Source: a virus
Lineage: Duplodnaviria; Heunggongvirae; Uroviricota; Caudoviricetes
Virus record (IMG/VR): IMGVR_UViG_3300038412_000041
Strand: one strand, 5' to 3'
DNA: 64,000 nucleotides
Part shown: positions 37,721 to 46,765 of the stretch, in pieces
Layout: each line of letters begins with the position of its first letter
Position numbering within the stretch: position 1 is the stretch's first letter
Notes under the pieces: generated by a model
Database searches by the model: none
What the model saw: the letters and a program-made list of their open reading frames with translations, nothing else
Told to the model about the DNA's origin: nothing
Position numbers and translations under genes: made by a program

Positions 37721-38182
37721 ATGGTTGATGGTAGAAAAGACCTTACATCAAAATTGAAACAAGTTGCCTCAAAATACTTTGCCAAAAAGAACTACTCTGT
37801 ACACTTTGAATTAGGTCTAGTCCCTTGGGGCAAACTCAAAGCTGACATATTTGCATTTAACTATGGTTATGCAACGGTTATCTGTGAGGTAAAGTCATGT
37901 TATGAAGATTTTGGAACAGATAAGAAATGGAGAGCTTACACTCCCTATGCAGATCGTTGTTATTTCGTCATTGATTTGGAGGCATGGTCTGAAAAACAAA
38001 TCGAGAAATTAAAGACTCTTTCCAAAGTTGAAGGGTGGGGAATATTGGTTGTAAATAACGGAAGAGTAAAGTGTCTTCAAAATTCCAAGAATCGAGCAAC
38101 TAACCGTAAAACAAAAACATCAAAAGACTTACACCTTCTTATAAAACGCATAGCTTTTAGAGCGGGTATAACCAGGAAATAG
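37721..38182 (+). CDS. PD-(D/E)xK nuclease-fold protein candidate
   Basis: ADIFAF...TVICEVKS is a D...E-x-K arrangement. 153 aa. Confidence 0.35.
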   Translation: MVDGRKDLTSKLKQVASKYFAKKNYSVHFELGLVPWGKLKADIFAFNYGYATVICEVKSCYEDFGTDKKWRAYTPYADRCYFVIDLEAWSEKQIEKLKTLSKVEGWGILVVNNGRVKCLQNSKNRATNRKTKTSKDLHLLIKRIAFRAGITRK

Positions 38183-38183
38183 T

Positions 38184-38837
38184 ATGAAACCAAAAAGAAT
38201 AGTTCTGGTCAGGCACGGACAATCAGAAGCAAATGTTGATAAAAGCATTTACCTGCATAAGCAAGATCACATCATTGATCTCACTGAAACAGGTAAACAA
38301 CAAGCCGTGACCTGCAGCAAAGAGTTGAAAAACTTGTTCGGTAATGAAAGTGTCCGAGTTTATTCTTCACCTTACAACAGAGCAATTCAAACTCTTGACA
38401 TTCTTCAACCACATATCAATATGGAAGGCAAACCGTTTCTTGATCCTAGAATTAGAGAGCAAGAGTGGGGAAATTTCCGTAATCTTGAGGAAGTGAAACT
38501 TGCTAATGAGCAACGTAACAAGTACGGCTCCTTCTTTTTCAGACTACCAAACGGAGAATCCTGTGCTGACGTTTTTGACAGAGTTAGTGGATTCATGTCT
38601 TCAATGCATCGAGCCTTCGACAAACTAGATTTTCCTGATAACACTTTACTGATAACACATGGTTGTTTGATTAGAGTATTCCTAATGCGCTGGTTTCGTT
38701 GGGACTATACCTACTTTCAAAAGATCAACAACCCTGCAAATTGCAGTATTGTCTTATTGGAAAAATACAACTCAGAAAAATACGAGTTGGTGGATTATAC
38801 AACTGAAGAGTACTCCGAGTATGAGGCTTCAAAATGA
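38184..38837 (+). CDS. histidine phosphatase superfamily (phosphoglycerate-mutase-like) protein
   Basis: N-terminal IVLVRHGQSEAN RHG catalytic motif. 217 aa. Confidence 0.6.
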   Translation: MKPKRIVLVRHGQSEANVDKSIYLHKQDHIIDLTETGKQQAVTCSKELKNLFGNESVRVYSSPYNRAIQTLDILQPHINMEGKPFLDPRIREQEWGNFRNLEEVKLANEQRNKYGSFFFRLPNGESCADVFDRVSGFMSSMHRAFDKLDFPDNTLLITHGCLIRVFLMRWFRWDYTYFQKINNPANCSIVLLEKYNSEKYELVDYTTEEYSEYEASK

Positions 38838-39424
38838 ATTTGTACGATACGTTAGGTATTAAAAAAGATGCAACACCAGAAGAGATAAAAGCTGCCTATA
38901 GAAAACGCGCCCAATCAACACATCCAGATAGAAAGGGTGGTGATATGGTAGTGTTTCAGAAAATAAATAAAGCCTACTCTATTCTGTCAAAACGCCATCT
39001 TCGGAAGCGTTACGATGAGACAGGTCATACAGATATGCCACCTGATGTTGAAACAGATCAGGATATGGAGTTTGTAAAAAAGATTGGTGATATGCTATTC
39101 CAACTACTTGACAATCCAAATGTCAATATGGATACACACCACCTCATTGATAGCATGAAACGTATTATTCAAGATACGAAAAGAGGTAGACAGCAACAGA
39201 TTCAAAATCTAAATAGATTGATTCTTCTTAGAAAGAAAGCTATCAAACGAATAATCAGAAAGGACAAGACCAAACGTAACCCAATCAAGATTTTCTTGGA
39301 AGGCAGTATCAGTCAACTTGAGCAAAGAAAAGGGCAGTTAGAATACGAAATTAAAGACGACGAGGATTGCTTGGTGTTCCTTAATGACTTCGATCAACTG
39401 CCAATAGATGAAGGTTTTATTTAG
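38834..39424 (+). CDS. J-domain (DnaJ-like) protein
   Basis: NLYDTLGIKKDATPEEIKAAYRKRAQSTHPDRKGG...INKAYSILS contains the HPD tripeptide and J-domain helices. Confidence 0.65.
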   Translation: MNLYDTLGIKKDATPEEIKAAYRKRAQSTHPDRKGGDMVVFQKINKAYSILSKRHLRKRYDETGHTDMPPDVETDQDMEFVKKIGDMLFQLLDNPNVNMDTHHLIDSMKRIIQDTKRGRQQQIQNLNRLILLRKKAIKRIIRKDKTKRNPIKIFLEGSISQLEQRKGQLEYEIKDDEDCLVFLNDFDQLPIDEGFI

Positions 39425-39435
39425 AGGATTAATAT

Positions 39436-39918
39436 ATGGCGATATTAACTATGGTCGAAGTCACAGGTATTGATTTGGTCAGACTGGTGCAAAAAGCGTA
39501 TTATCTTTCTGAACCTGTAGTTCTAACTAAGGAGTTATCAGAAAGCTATGCCAAGTATGTACTAGGCAAGAACTATGAAACTTCTGAAGTACCTGTTTCC
39601 CTGTATTATCCGATATTTGGCCGCAACGTGAAAATCTTAGTTATACAAAGAGGTGGTCGTTTATGGATGCACGACTATTGGGAAGATCACACTCTAGACC
39701 AGTATAAGGAATTACTTGACAGTGTAGGAATCCAGTATAACCCTGTACCAGTACATTTCAAATTTGCATGTGAGCAATGTTCAAAATACTCAATGCTGTT
39801 AGAAAATTCTAAATGGAAGGAACAATGCTCCGCTTTTCCTGGAAGAGCAAATCTTTCAGCTTTTCCTTTTAAGAAAACAAATTGTGAGCAATATTTTTCA
39901 TTGAAACGTCTAACATGA
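39436..39918 (+). CDS. hypothetical protein
   Basis: 160 aa ORF. Confidence 0.4.
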   Translation: MAILTMVEVTGIDLVRLVQKAYYLSEPVVLTKELSESYAKYVLGKNYETSEVPVSLYYPIFGRNVKILVIQRGGRLWMHDYWEDHTLDQYKELLDSVGIQYNPVPVHFKFACEQCSKYSMLLENSKWKEQCSAFPGRANLSAFPFKKTNCEQYFSLKRLT

Positions 39919-40136
39919 ACCTATACTACATCAATGCAACAAAGAAAAGAGTAGACAAAGAAACAAAGGAAACAATTGTGTATGAAGAAGAAACTGCTAT
40001 TATTGCTAGTTCACTGGATTGCTTAAATCAAAAGGCAGACCAGTTCTATCTACTAGGCTACAAAGTTCTTGACCAAGTACAACAATTGTCTGCAATGTGG
40101 GATAATTTTACAGGGGATAACTATGTCTCAACGTGA
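39915..40136 (+). CDS. hypothetical small protein
   Basis: 73 aa ORF. Confidence 0.3.
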   Translation: MNLYYINATKKRVDKETKETIVYEEETAIIASSLDCLNQKADQFYLLGYKVLDQVQQLSAMWDNFTGDNYVST

Positions 40137-40353
40137 TAGTATGACAATACAGATTTTAGGTCCAAGAAAGTCAGGTAAAAGCGTTGTGCTGTTCTTAGTA
40201 GCCAAGTATCTGCAAACTATAGGCTATAACGTACTACTACCACCTGATATACAGACGCTAGATGACAATCAAAAGAATCATGTAATGAGGCAATTGACCG
40301 ATTCGGAAGCATGTCAAACCATCACAATGCTTGAACATACAACAGAAATTTAA
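40122..40353 (+). CDS. small P-loop-containing protein
   Basis: ILGPRKSGKS Walker-A-like motif. Start placed at ATG 40122 (ribosome-binding site AGGGGA) within ORF 40069..40353. Confidence 0.3.
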
Positions 40354-40364
40354 AGGGTTTTCAA

Positions 40365-41324
40365 ATGAAACAATATATAGAGCTATTAAACAAAGTAATG
40401 ACTGAAGGTACAGATCAGTTCAATGAGAGAACCGGCAAAATTTGCCGATTTCTTGTAGGTTATCAGATGCAATTCAATATGGCAGATGGTTTTCCTTTAG
40501 TTACTACCAGAAAGGCCCCGTTCAAAAGCATTGTTGGAGAGTTGCTTGGTTTCTTCCGTGGTTACGATAACGCTGCTGATTTTCGCAGTCTAGGTTGCAA
40601 GTTTTGGGATGGTAATGCAAACGAAACTGAAGCTTGGTTGAAGAATCCAAATCGTAAAGGTACTGATGATCTCGGTCGCATTTATGGTAAGCAATGGGCC
40701 GAGTGGTTGGATACAAGAGTAGTACATGGTATTGACTCTTACTCAGATCATAAAGATAGAGGCTACGAATTTGTTGCAGATATTGACAGTTATAATCCTA
40801 GTTATGTTGTTCAAAGGAAAATCAATCAGTTGGAGAATGCCCTCAGAACTATCATGATTAATCCTTCAGACAGGAGAATTATTGTCACTGGTTGGAATCC
40901 TGCAGAAATGGATTTGCAAGCTTTGCCAGCTTGTCACATGGACTATCGGTTTGTTCCTGTAGAACGTGCAAACACGTTACATGTAGTAATGACAATACGT
41001 AGTTGGGATTTGTTTCTAGGTGCTCCCGCCAACATTGCTGAGACTGCTCTTTTCCTGCATCTAATGTGCGCTCTGTCTGGATATCATCCTGGAACAGTTA
41101 CGATCCAAGCTACAAATGCTCATATCTATGAAGATCATTTTGAACAGATCAAAGAACAGCTAACCAGAGAACCTCACCAGTTGCCTACCATTCTTGTGTC
41201 TGATGAGTTACGTATTTCATCGGAAGCATCTATAAGTGGTGTGTTTACTAGAATCCAGCCTACAGATGTAGAGTTGTTGAATTATACACACCATGATCCT
41301 TTGTTTGGTGAAATGGCTAGATAA
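40365..41324 (+). CDS. thyA: thymidylate synthase family enzyme (ThyA; dUMP hydroxymethylase cannot be excluded)
   Basis: DGFPLVTTRK, GELLGFF (Glu58 equivalent), RIYGKQW, RRIIVTGWNP, LPACHMDY (catalytic Cys-His), RSWDLFLGAPANIAE (uracil-specifying Asn retained). Confidence 0.8.
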   Translation: MKQYIELLNKVMTEGTDQFNERTGKICRFLVGYQMQFNMADGFPLVTTRKAPFKSIVGELLGFFRGYDNAADFRSLGCKFWDGNANETEAWLKNPNRKGTDDLGRIYGKQWAEWLDTRVVHGIDSYSDHKDRGYEFVADIDSYNPSYVVQRKINQLENALRTIMINPSDRRIIVTGWNPAEMDLQALPACHMDYRFVPVERANTLHVVMTIRSWDLFLGAPANIAETALFLHLMCALSGYHPGTVTIQATNAHIYEDHFEQIKEQLTREPHQLPTILVSDELRISSEASISGVFTRIQPTDVELLNYTHHDPLFGEMAR

Positions 41325-41339
41325 TAAATTGGAGGCAGC

Positions 41340-41918
41340 ATGTACTATACTGGTGTAGGAAGCAGAGAAACACCTGCCAATTTTCTTTTACTGTTTAAGA
41401 AACTGGCACAGGAGTTCGCAAAACAAAAGATTACACTGCGAACAGGTGGAGCAGATGGAGCCGATGCATATTTTGAAGAGGGTGCAATTTCTGTCAGAGG
41501 GCCGATGGAGATTTATATACCATGGGATAACTTCAATGGTTTACATGCTGATAACAAAACTTATTTTTCAAAGGTATCTAAAGCAGCAATGACTATTGCA
41601 GAATCAACACATCCTGCTTGGGATAGATTATCTATCGGTGCAAAAACTTTGCATGGTAGAAACGTGTATCAGGTACTTGGTCTCAGTCTAGATAAACCTT
41701 CTGCCTTTTTGATTTGCTGGACTCCTGATGGTTGCGAATCTGCAACCACAAGAACAAAACAGACTGGAGGCACTGCAACTGCAATAGCCATCGCAGAAAA
41801 ACATAACGTACCTGTAATCAATGTGGCTAACAAAGCATGGGTTGACAGACTACTTGATTTACCATGCATTAAAAACAAGACACCGTTTACAAAATATAAA
41901 GCACCTACTTTATTCTAA
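41340..41918 (+). CDS. SLOG-superfamily Rossmann protein (DprA/LOG-like)
   Basis: YTGVGSRETP...LRTGGADGADA and KQTGGTATAIAIAEKHNVPVINV resemble DprA/LOG signatures (GSR..; GG.G..G; PGG.GT.EE). Confidence 0.45.
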   Translation: MYYTGVGSRETPANFLLLFKKLAQEFAKQKITLRTGGADGADAYFEEGAISVRGPMEIYIPWDNFNGLHADNKTYFSKVSKAAMTIAESTHPAWDRLSIGAKTLHGRNVYQVLGLSLDKPSAFLICWTPDGCESATTRTKQTGGTATAIAIAEKHNVPVINVANKAWVDRLLDLPCIKNKTPFTKYKAPTLF

Positions 41919-41929
41919 GAGGTCTAAAA

Positions 41930-43165
41930 ATGTTTCGCTTTCTATTGATTATGTTGTTGGCAGGTTGTGCAACTCAAGCACATAAAGACACTTATGTACC
42001 TGCAACTCCACCAAACGAAATAAAGTCTTTAAAGTCTGGATTTGATCTGGCGGAAGCAAGACAGATGTTAGAGTTTTGCATAGAGCTAAATGACCAGGAC
42101 GATAGATTGCGTAGTACTAGTATGGTTTATAAACCTGCCATAGATACAACTATCTGGAATCCTGAACCTGTATTTGATAGCAGACGTGTTGTTGCTCATG
42201 AGGTATATCAATACTACAAGAATCCGAAAGATTCTCCTTGGACAAAACTGTACGTAAAGATTTTGGCTAAGGCTAAAACCAAATACAATACTATAACGGA
42301 AAGCGTTATATACAATGATCCAGAGCTAAATGGTTTTGGTCCTTGGAATAATGCATGGTTATTGTATGAGGGGATCAATGATAATGCTGGTAATTACGCA
42401 ATAGCTGTTAGAGGCACTATCGTATCAAACAAAATGTCTGATATAGAGGATGCTCTATTCAGACCAGCAAAAGCTCAACACTTTCTATCACCCGCAATTC
42501 AGTTTTCTAAAGACCCTTATTCAGTACTTCACGGTGGATTCGCTCACGCAACCGTAGTCTTGTTGTTAGACGAAAAGTTTGGAATAGTGCCTGTACTGCA
42601 AAACAAAAATATTACAAAGCTCTACATAACTGGACATAGCCAAGGCGCAGCGATGGCGACATTATTGCATGCCTTCTTCCACTATTCAACTGATTCTGTG
42701 TTTGGTCTTGGCAGCTATCAGATAAAGTCTTACGTGTTTGCTCAACCTAAGCCAGGGAATGTATTCTTCAGCCAAGACTTTGCTTCATTTACCCAGTATG
42801 GTGATTCAGCAATTACTATAAATAACTCTGTTGATGTGGTACCTAAAGTACCACTCACAATAGAGACAACAGAAGATATAAATCCTTTGCTTAAAAAGGA
42901 AGAAGCTCTTCACGTTCTTAGTGATACTGGTTCATTCTTACGTAGGTCTGTAGAAAATCTAATACAACCGTATTCTGCTAAAGAACTCCTTGCTTATGGA
43001 AGGCTATACAAACAAGATTTGTTAAATCTTCATGAGGATAAAGAAGTAACCTCGTGGAATTTTGTTAGTGCTGGCCGTGTTCTTTATGTGTATGGAACTC
43101 CTGACTATTCCAAGGATACATTCTATCAACATCATGCTACTACCTACCGTGAACTATTAAAATGA
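41930..43165 (+). CDS. class-3 lipase-like alpha/beta-hydrolase lipoprotein
   Basis: Lipobox LLAGCAT at the N-terminus. Nucleophile elbow TGHSQGAAMATLL (GHSxG). Confidence 0.55.
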   Translation: MFRFLLIMLLAGCATQAHKDTYVPATPPNEIKSLKSGFDLAEARQMLEFCIELNDQDDRLRSTSMVYKPAIDTTIWNPEPVFDSRRVVAHEVYQYYKNPKDSPWTKLYVKILAKAKTKYNTITESVIYNDPELNGFGPWNNAWLLYEGINDNAGNYAIAVRGTIVSNKMSDIEDALFRPAKAQHFLSPAIQFSKDPYSVLHGGFAHATVVLLLDEKFGIVPVLQNKNITKLYITGHSQGAAMATLLHAFFHYSTDSVFGLGSYQIKSYVFAQPKPGNVFFSQDFASFTQYGDSAITINNSVDVVPKVPLTIETTEDINPLLKKEEALHVLSDTGSFLRRSVENLIQPYSAKELLAYGRLYKQDLLNLHEDKEVTSWNFVSAGRVLYVYGTPDYSKDTFYQHHATTYRELLK

Positions 43166-43350
43166 CACTGCTATTAGTGATTGTGGCTTATATTGTAGGC
43201 ATACACGCTCATAAGCAACCTGCTACTAGAAAGTTGTTAATACTGTTATTGCTACTAATTCTATTCAGTACTTGCAAGATCGTGCGTTTCCTTCTTTTGG
43301 ATGACTGGATTGGTGGTAAACCAACGGTAACTTTAAAATACTTGACCTAA
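43162..43350 (+). CDS. small transmembrane protein
   Basis: 62 aa, hydrophobic. Confidence 0.3.
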   Translation: MTLLLVIVAYIVGIHAHKQPATRKLLILLLLLILFSTCKIVRFLLLDDWIGGKPTVTLKYLT

Positions 43351-43355
43351 ATAAA

Positions 43356-44147
43356 ATGATATACAAAGAAGCCTACGACAGTATTTTATCCGTATTAGAG
43401 AAATTATTTACATGTGAGAACTGTACGGAGGATATATGGGACTTTATTGTGACGCACGAAGGGTTTTCGTATAAGGTATGTATCCTTGATAAGGGCTTCT
43501 ATACAAGGTCATCACTACAAGAATCTCTTCGCAATGTTACCGTTGATGACAACTATTGTATGGTGTTCATTCCTTATTTCATAGATTTAGCAGACGACCG
43601 AATCTTAAAGTTTCTTTTTAGGATCAACGATTCAAAATTTGGTAAAGGTAAGCATGGTTTCTTCAACGACCATGTTTTTCCTATAGATTTCAATGAAGGT
43701 GGTAACGATCTCTTAGTAAGAAATCTGACTGATCTGTGTGAAGGAGGTTGCGAAGATATAGCAGTAGATGTAGCAAAATCCTTATTTGATAGTAATCTTG
43801 ATGTTGACTTGAAAAAGTCCAACATGTACATAATCAATTATTTGCAAAGCACCTTTCATGAAAAACATCCATTAACTTTTGCAGAAGGGAGATTCCCTGC
43901 AATATTGGAGAAAAGCTTTTACGACGGAACAGAAGACTTTTGCTCTGGGTGTGCTATGCAGTTGTTGGATGATATGGTAGCCGATATAAATTCTGATTGG
44001 AACAGGAACCAAACTCAAGTCTTAGACAGAGCAATCTTGTTAGCTTCTATGCTAGGTAACGTTGCAAAACACAATCCTGATTTGGATCATGAACAACAAA
44101 CGGAATTACTACCAATATCAGGAAGAAAGACCCCCACAATACATTAA
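43356..44147 (+). CDS. hypothetical protein
   Basis: 263 aa ORF. Confidence 0.4.
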   Translation: MIYKEAYDSILSVLEKLFTCENCTEDIWDFIVTHEGFSYKVCILDKGFYTRSSLQESLRNVTVDDNYCMVFIPYFIDLADDRILKFLFRINDSKFGKGKHGFFNDHVFPIDFNEGGNDLLVRNLTDLCEGGCEDIAVDVAKSLFDSNLDVDLKKSNMYIINYLQSTFHEKHPLTFAEGRFPAILEKSFYDGTEDFCSGCAMQLLDDMVADINSDWNRNQTQVLDRAILLASMLGNVAKHNPDLDHEQQTELLPISGRKTPTIH

Positions 44148-44159
44148 AGGTATAGTACC

Positions 44160-44621
44160 ATGAATATATCTATGAAACCTTACTCTTGTAAGGTATTCCT
44201 GTTCGATGACTGGTACACATTAAAGAGCGTAAACATTGACCATGAGTTCGATTCAATGTATCAAATGTATACAGGAAGATCATCAATCTTTTTAGATTTG
44301 GCTTGTGATGTATCAGTAAAATTTCCTTACTCTTCAGTGTTCTCAAGATCAGTAGCGTTAAAATACACAAATCCAAATGGTTCAGAGGTTATTGCTAGTG
44401 GTGTATACCCATTTGAGGATAGAATAAAACTGCTACACCGTATTAATGACGTTGACCACCAGCAAAGAAAAATCTTTGTTTTTGGACAATGGCTTCCTTA
44501 CAAAGATTATCAAAAGAAACAAAGTCATTTAGGTTATCTTCTATGTATCACACTACCAGACTATTCAGAGATAAGTTTTCCTGAACATGGTCCTTTCATA
44601 GAAACCGTTAAATTTAAGTAG
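44160..44621 (+). CDS. hypothetical protein
   Basis: 153 aa ORF. Confidence 0.4.
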   Translation: MNISMKPYSCKVFLFDDWYTLKSVNIDHEFDSMYQMYTGRSSIFLDLACDVSVKFPYSSVFSRSVALKYTNPNGSEVIASGVYPFEDRIKLLHRINDVDHQQRKIFVFGQWLPYKDYQKKQSHLGYLLCITLPDYSEISFPEHGPFIETVKFK

Positions 44622-44656
44622 TACAACCCAGTAGTCTATAACTAATAGGAGTAGTC

Positions 44657-44941
44657 ATGCCAGACGAAAACACAACAATCAACTTTAATCTTACTATAAA
44701 TGAAGTTGACTTGCTGCTTGCTGCACTTGGAGAAATGCCTGCAAAAATGTCATTTGAGCTAATCTTCAAACTAAGGAGCACCGCTCAAATTCAACTTGCT
44801 GAAGCAAACAAACCAGCACCAGACCCTGCACCTATAGTGGCACCTCAACAAGCAGTACCTGCACAACAGACTTCCGAGTTTGTTAATACTCAGCCAGCAG
44901 TAACCGCAACACCAACTCCTGCAGAAACGCCTGCTGCATAA
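44657..44941 (+). CDS. hypothetical protein with P/A/Q-rich tail
   Basis: 94 aa ORF. Confidence 0.4.
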   Translation: MPDENTTINFNLTINEVDLLLAALGEMPAKMSFELIFKLRSTAQIQLAEANKPAPDPAPIVAPQQAVPAQQTSEFVNTQPAVTATPTPAETPAA

Positions 44942-44972
44942 AGAAGAGGGTGAAAGCCCTCTTCTAAACAAA

Positions 44973-45365
44973 ATGAAACCAGAAGATGATCCTACTTACG
45001 CTTTGGTTGAAAATCTATTAGATAATCAATCATATATACATCTAGATAAGATTACTGAAGAGTCGATTAATATTATATTTGAGAACAAGCTACCTCTTAG
45101 CGTGTATGAAAGACTAAAAGTTCCTGAACGTTCTAATGTGATTGGTTGGCGGTTCATTGACAAACAAGGCCACATGGAGTTAACTATAAAGACTAGGCTT
45201 GAAGAGAGACTTGAGATAGCGAATAAAAGATATGCTGGACCTCACAGATCAAGACGTTTAGCAAAACGGTGGGCCACTAGAAAAATGCATAATCTAGGTA
45301 ATCTTGCAGTGAGATTTGTTTCTCTACCACCATTAGTTGTTACTGGAAACCTTAATGTACTTTAA
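44973..45365 (+). CDS. hypothetical protein, tandem paralogue A (YAGPHRSRRLAKRWA family)
   Basis: Shares WRF(I/V)DKQGHME and YAGPHRSRRLAKRWA with the next gene. Confidence 0.45.
   Translation: MKPEDDPTYALVENLLDNQSYIHLDKITEESINIIFENKLPLSVYERLKVPERSNVIGWRFIDKQGHMELTIKTRLEERLEIANKRYAGPHRSRRLAKRWATRKMHNLGNLAVRFVSLPPLVVTGNLNVL
45231..45274 (+). repeat. 44-nt block identical to 45657..45700, inside paralogue A
   Basis: tatgctggacctcacagatcaagacgtttagcaaaacggtgggc is a perfect match in both paralogues, while the flanking coding sequence is diverged. Confidence 0.85.
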
Positions 45366-45380
45366 AATGGTTGATTAAAA

Positions 45381-45812
45381 ATGATATCAGAGGACGAGGT
45401 AAAAAGCAGACTAGAGGAACAACTTGTAAGCTTTCTGTCAAACAAGAATGTACCAGTTTATACGGATGTTCCTTCAATGTGCACCTCTATTGAGAACCAG
45501 ATTGAAGCCTTTCTTAATATGGTGCGTGGCAGCAGTATATCTGTTGTGGATTCCTCATATATCTATGGTTGGAGATTCGTTGATAAGCAAGGGCACATGG
45601 AGTTTCTTATAAAGAAGGCTTCAGGAGAGCTTATAACCAAATTTGTCAGTTCTAGCTATGCTGGACCTCACAGATCAAGACGTTTAGCAAAACGGTGGGC
45701 TAACAAGAAAGTAAGCAAGCTAGAGGTAGATATAAAGTTTGTTCCTGCAAGACCTGTAGATCATATTAACGTAAACTTAGTAGTAGGAAAACCAAATGAT
45801 ACCGAACATTGA
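45381..45812 (+). CDS. hypothetical protein, tandem paralogue B
   Basis: 143 aa. Shares motifs with 44973..45365. Confidence 0.45.
   Translation: MISEDEVKSRLEEQLVSFLSNKNVPVYTDVPSMCTSIENQIEAFLNMVRGSSISVVDSSYIYGWRFVDKQGHMEFLIKKASGELITKFVSSSYAGPHRSRRLAKRWANKKVSKLEVDIKFVPARPVDHINVNLVVGKPNDTEH
45657..45700 (+). repeat. second copy of the 44-nt identical block
   Basis: Perfect 44/44 identity with 45231..45274. Confidence 0.85.
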
Positions 45813-46530
45813 GATTGAAGTAAACCAGATTATAGGTTACGGTTGTCCTGACTCTTACCAAGTGCTAGTCATTTATGATAACCATGTTCTTGAAGAACAG
45901 ACAACAAACTCACCATTTTTACAAGGACAGTTTGCTGAAAGGTTGGAAAATAAATGGCGTGTTGAGTGGGATGAGCAAGCTTTTCTACAGCTAGTAGCTG
46001 AAAGCAGGTTAGCTTCCCCTATTTGTGATGGTTGCAACCAACCTACAAGAAATATTGGTAAAGAAAGCTCATACATAGGAGCAAAAGTTTTCTGTAGTGC
46101 TTGTAAGGATGTTTGTATTCCTCTCTACAGAAATCAATTGAGGCAAGAAGGTGAAGAACGAAATCGTAAGTTAGAAGAGGATAGAATTGCAAAACAAAAG
46201 GCACTTCATGATCGCATACATGAAATATTAGCTGGCGCCTTTCATTGGAAAGATAACTGGTTTTTCAAACGTCAAAGTGATGGCTCTGTTAGGATCATGA
46301 AACACAATTCTGAACACTACCCTCAATATGGTGATGGTACAGAAGTGCATGAATTTCTTTATCCTGACCTAGTCATTCCTGATAAAGAATGGGCATCAAT
46401 AGTATGTGTTGTCTCTAACCTTGGCACTACGTCCGATAGATACTCAAAAGCCTTAGCCTTTCATAACTATGAAGAGGCACAGTGTAAATCCGATAATCTA
46501 AAACCACCAATACTAAAGGTAGAGTACTAA
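45796..46530 (+). CDS. hypothetical Cys-rich protein
   Basis: 244 aa with CDGC..CSAC motifs. Confidence 0.4.
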   Translation: MIPNIEIEVNQIIGYGCPDSYQVLVIYDNHVLEEQTTNSPFLQGQFAERLENKWRVEWDEQAFLQLVAESRLASPICDGCNQPTRNIGKESSYIGAKVFCSACKDVCIPLYRNQLRQEGEERNRKLEEDRIAKQKALHDRIHEILAGAFHWKDNWFFKRQSDGSVRIMKHNSEHYPQYGDGTEVHEFLYPDLVIPDKEWASIVCVVSNLGTTSDRYSKALAFHNYEEAQCKSDNLKPPILKVEY

Positions 46531-46531
46531 A

Positions 46532-46765
46532 ATGGATAATCAACAATTACAACATTTAGCTGCTATACTGGCACCTGCCATATACACGGACAGTCCTACA
46601 TTCATGCAGCAATGTGTGACAGGCTTGTCTTTGATTTTAATAGGTTTTAGTCTTTCTCTAATCATATCACTGTCTATCATTGTTGCAACTAATACTGGTT
46701 CTGTTATAGGTACTACTATTAACAAAGCTGCAAAGCTATTGAGGGTTTTAAGAAATGGACGATAA
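46532..46765 (+). CDS. small transmembrane protein
   Basis: 77 aa, hydrophobic core. Confidence 0.3.
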   Translation: MDNQQLQHLAAILAPAIYTDSPTFMQQCVTGLSLILIGFSLSLIISLSIIVATNTGSVIGTTINKAAKLLRVLRNGR

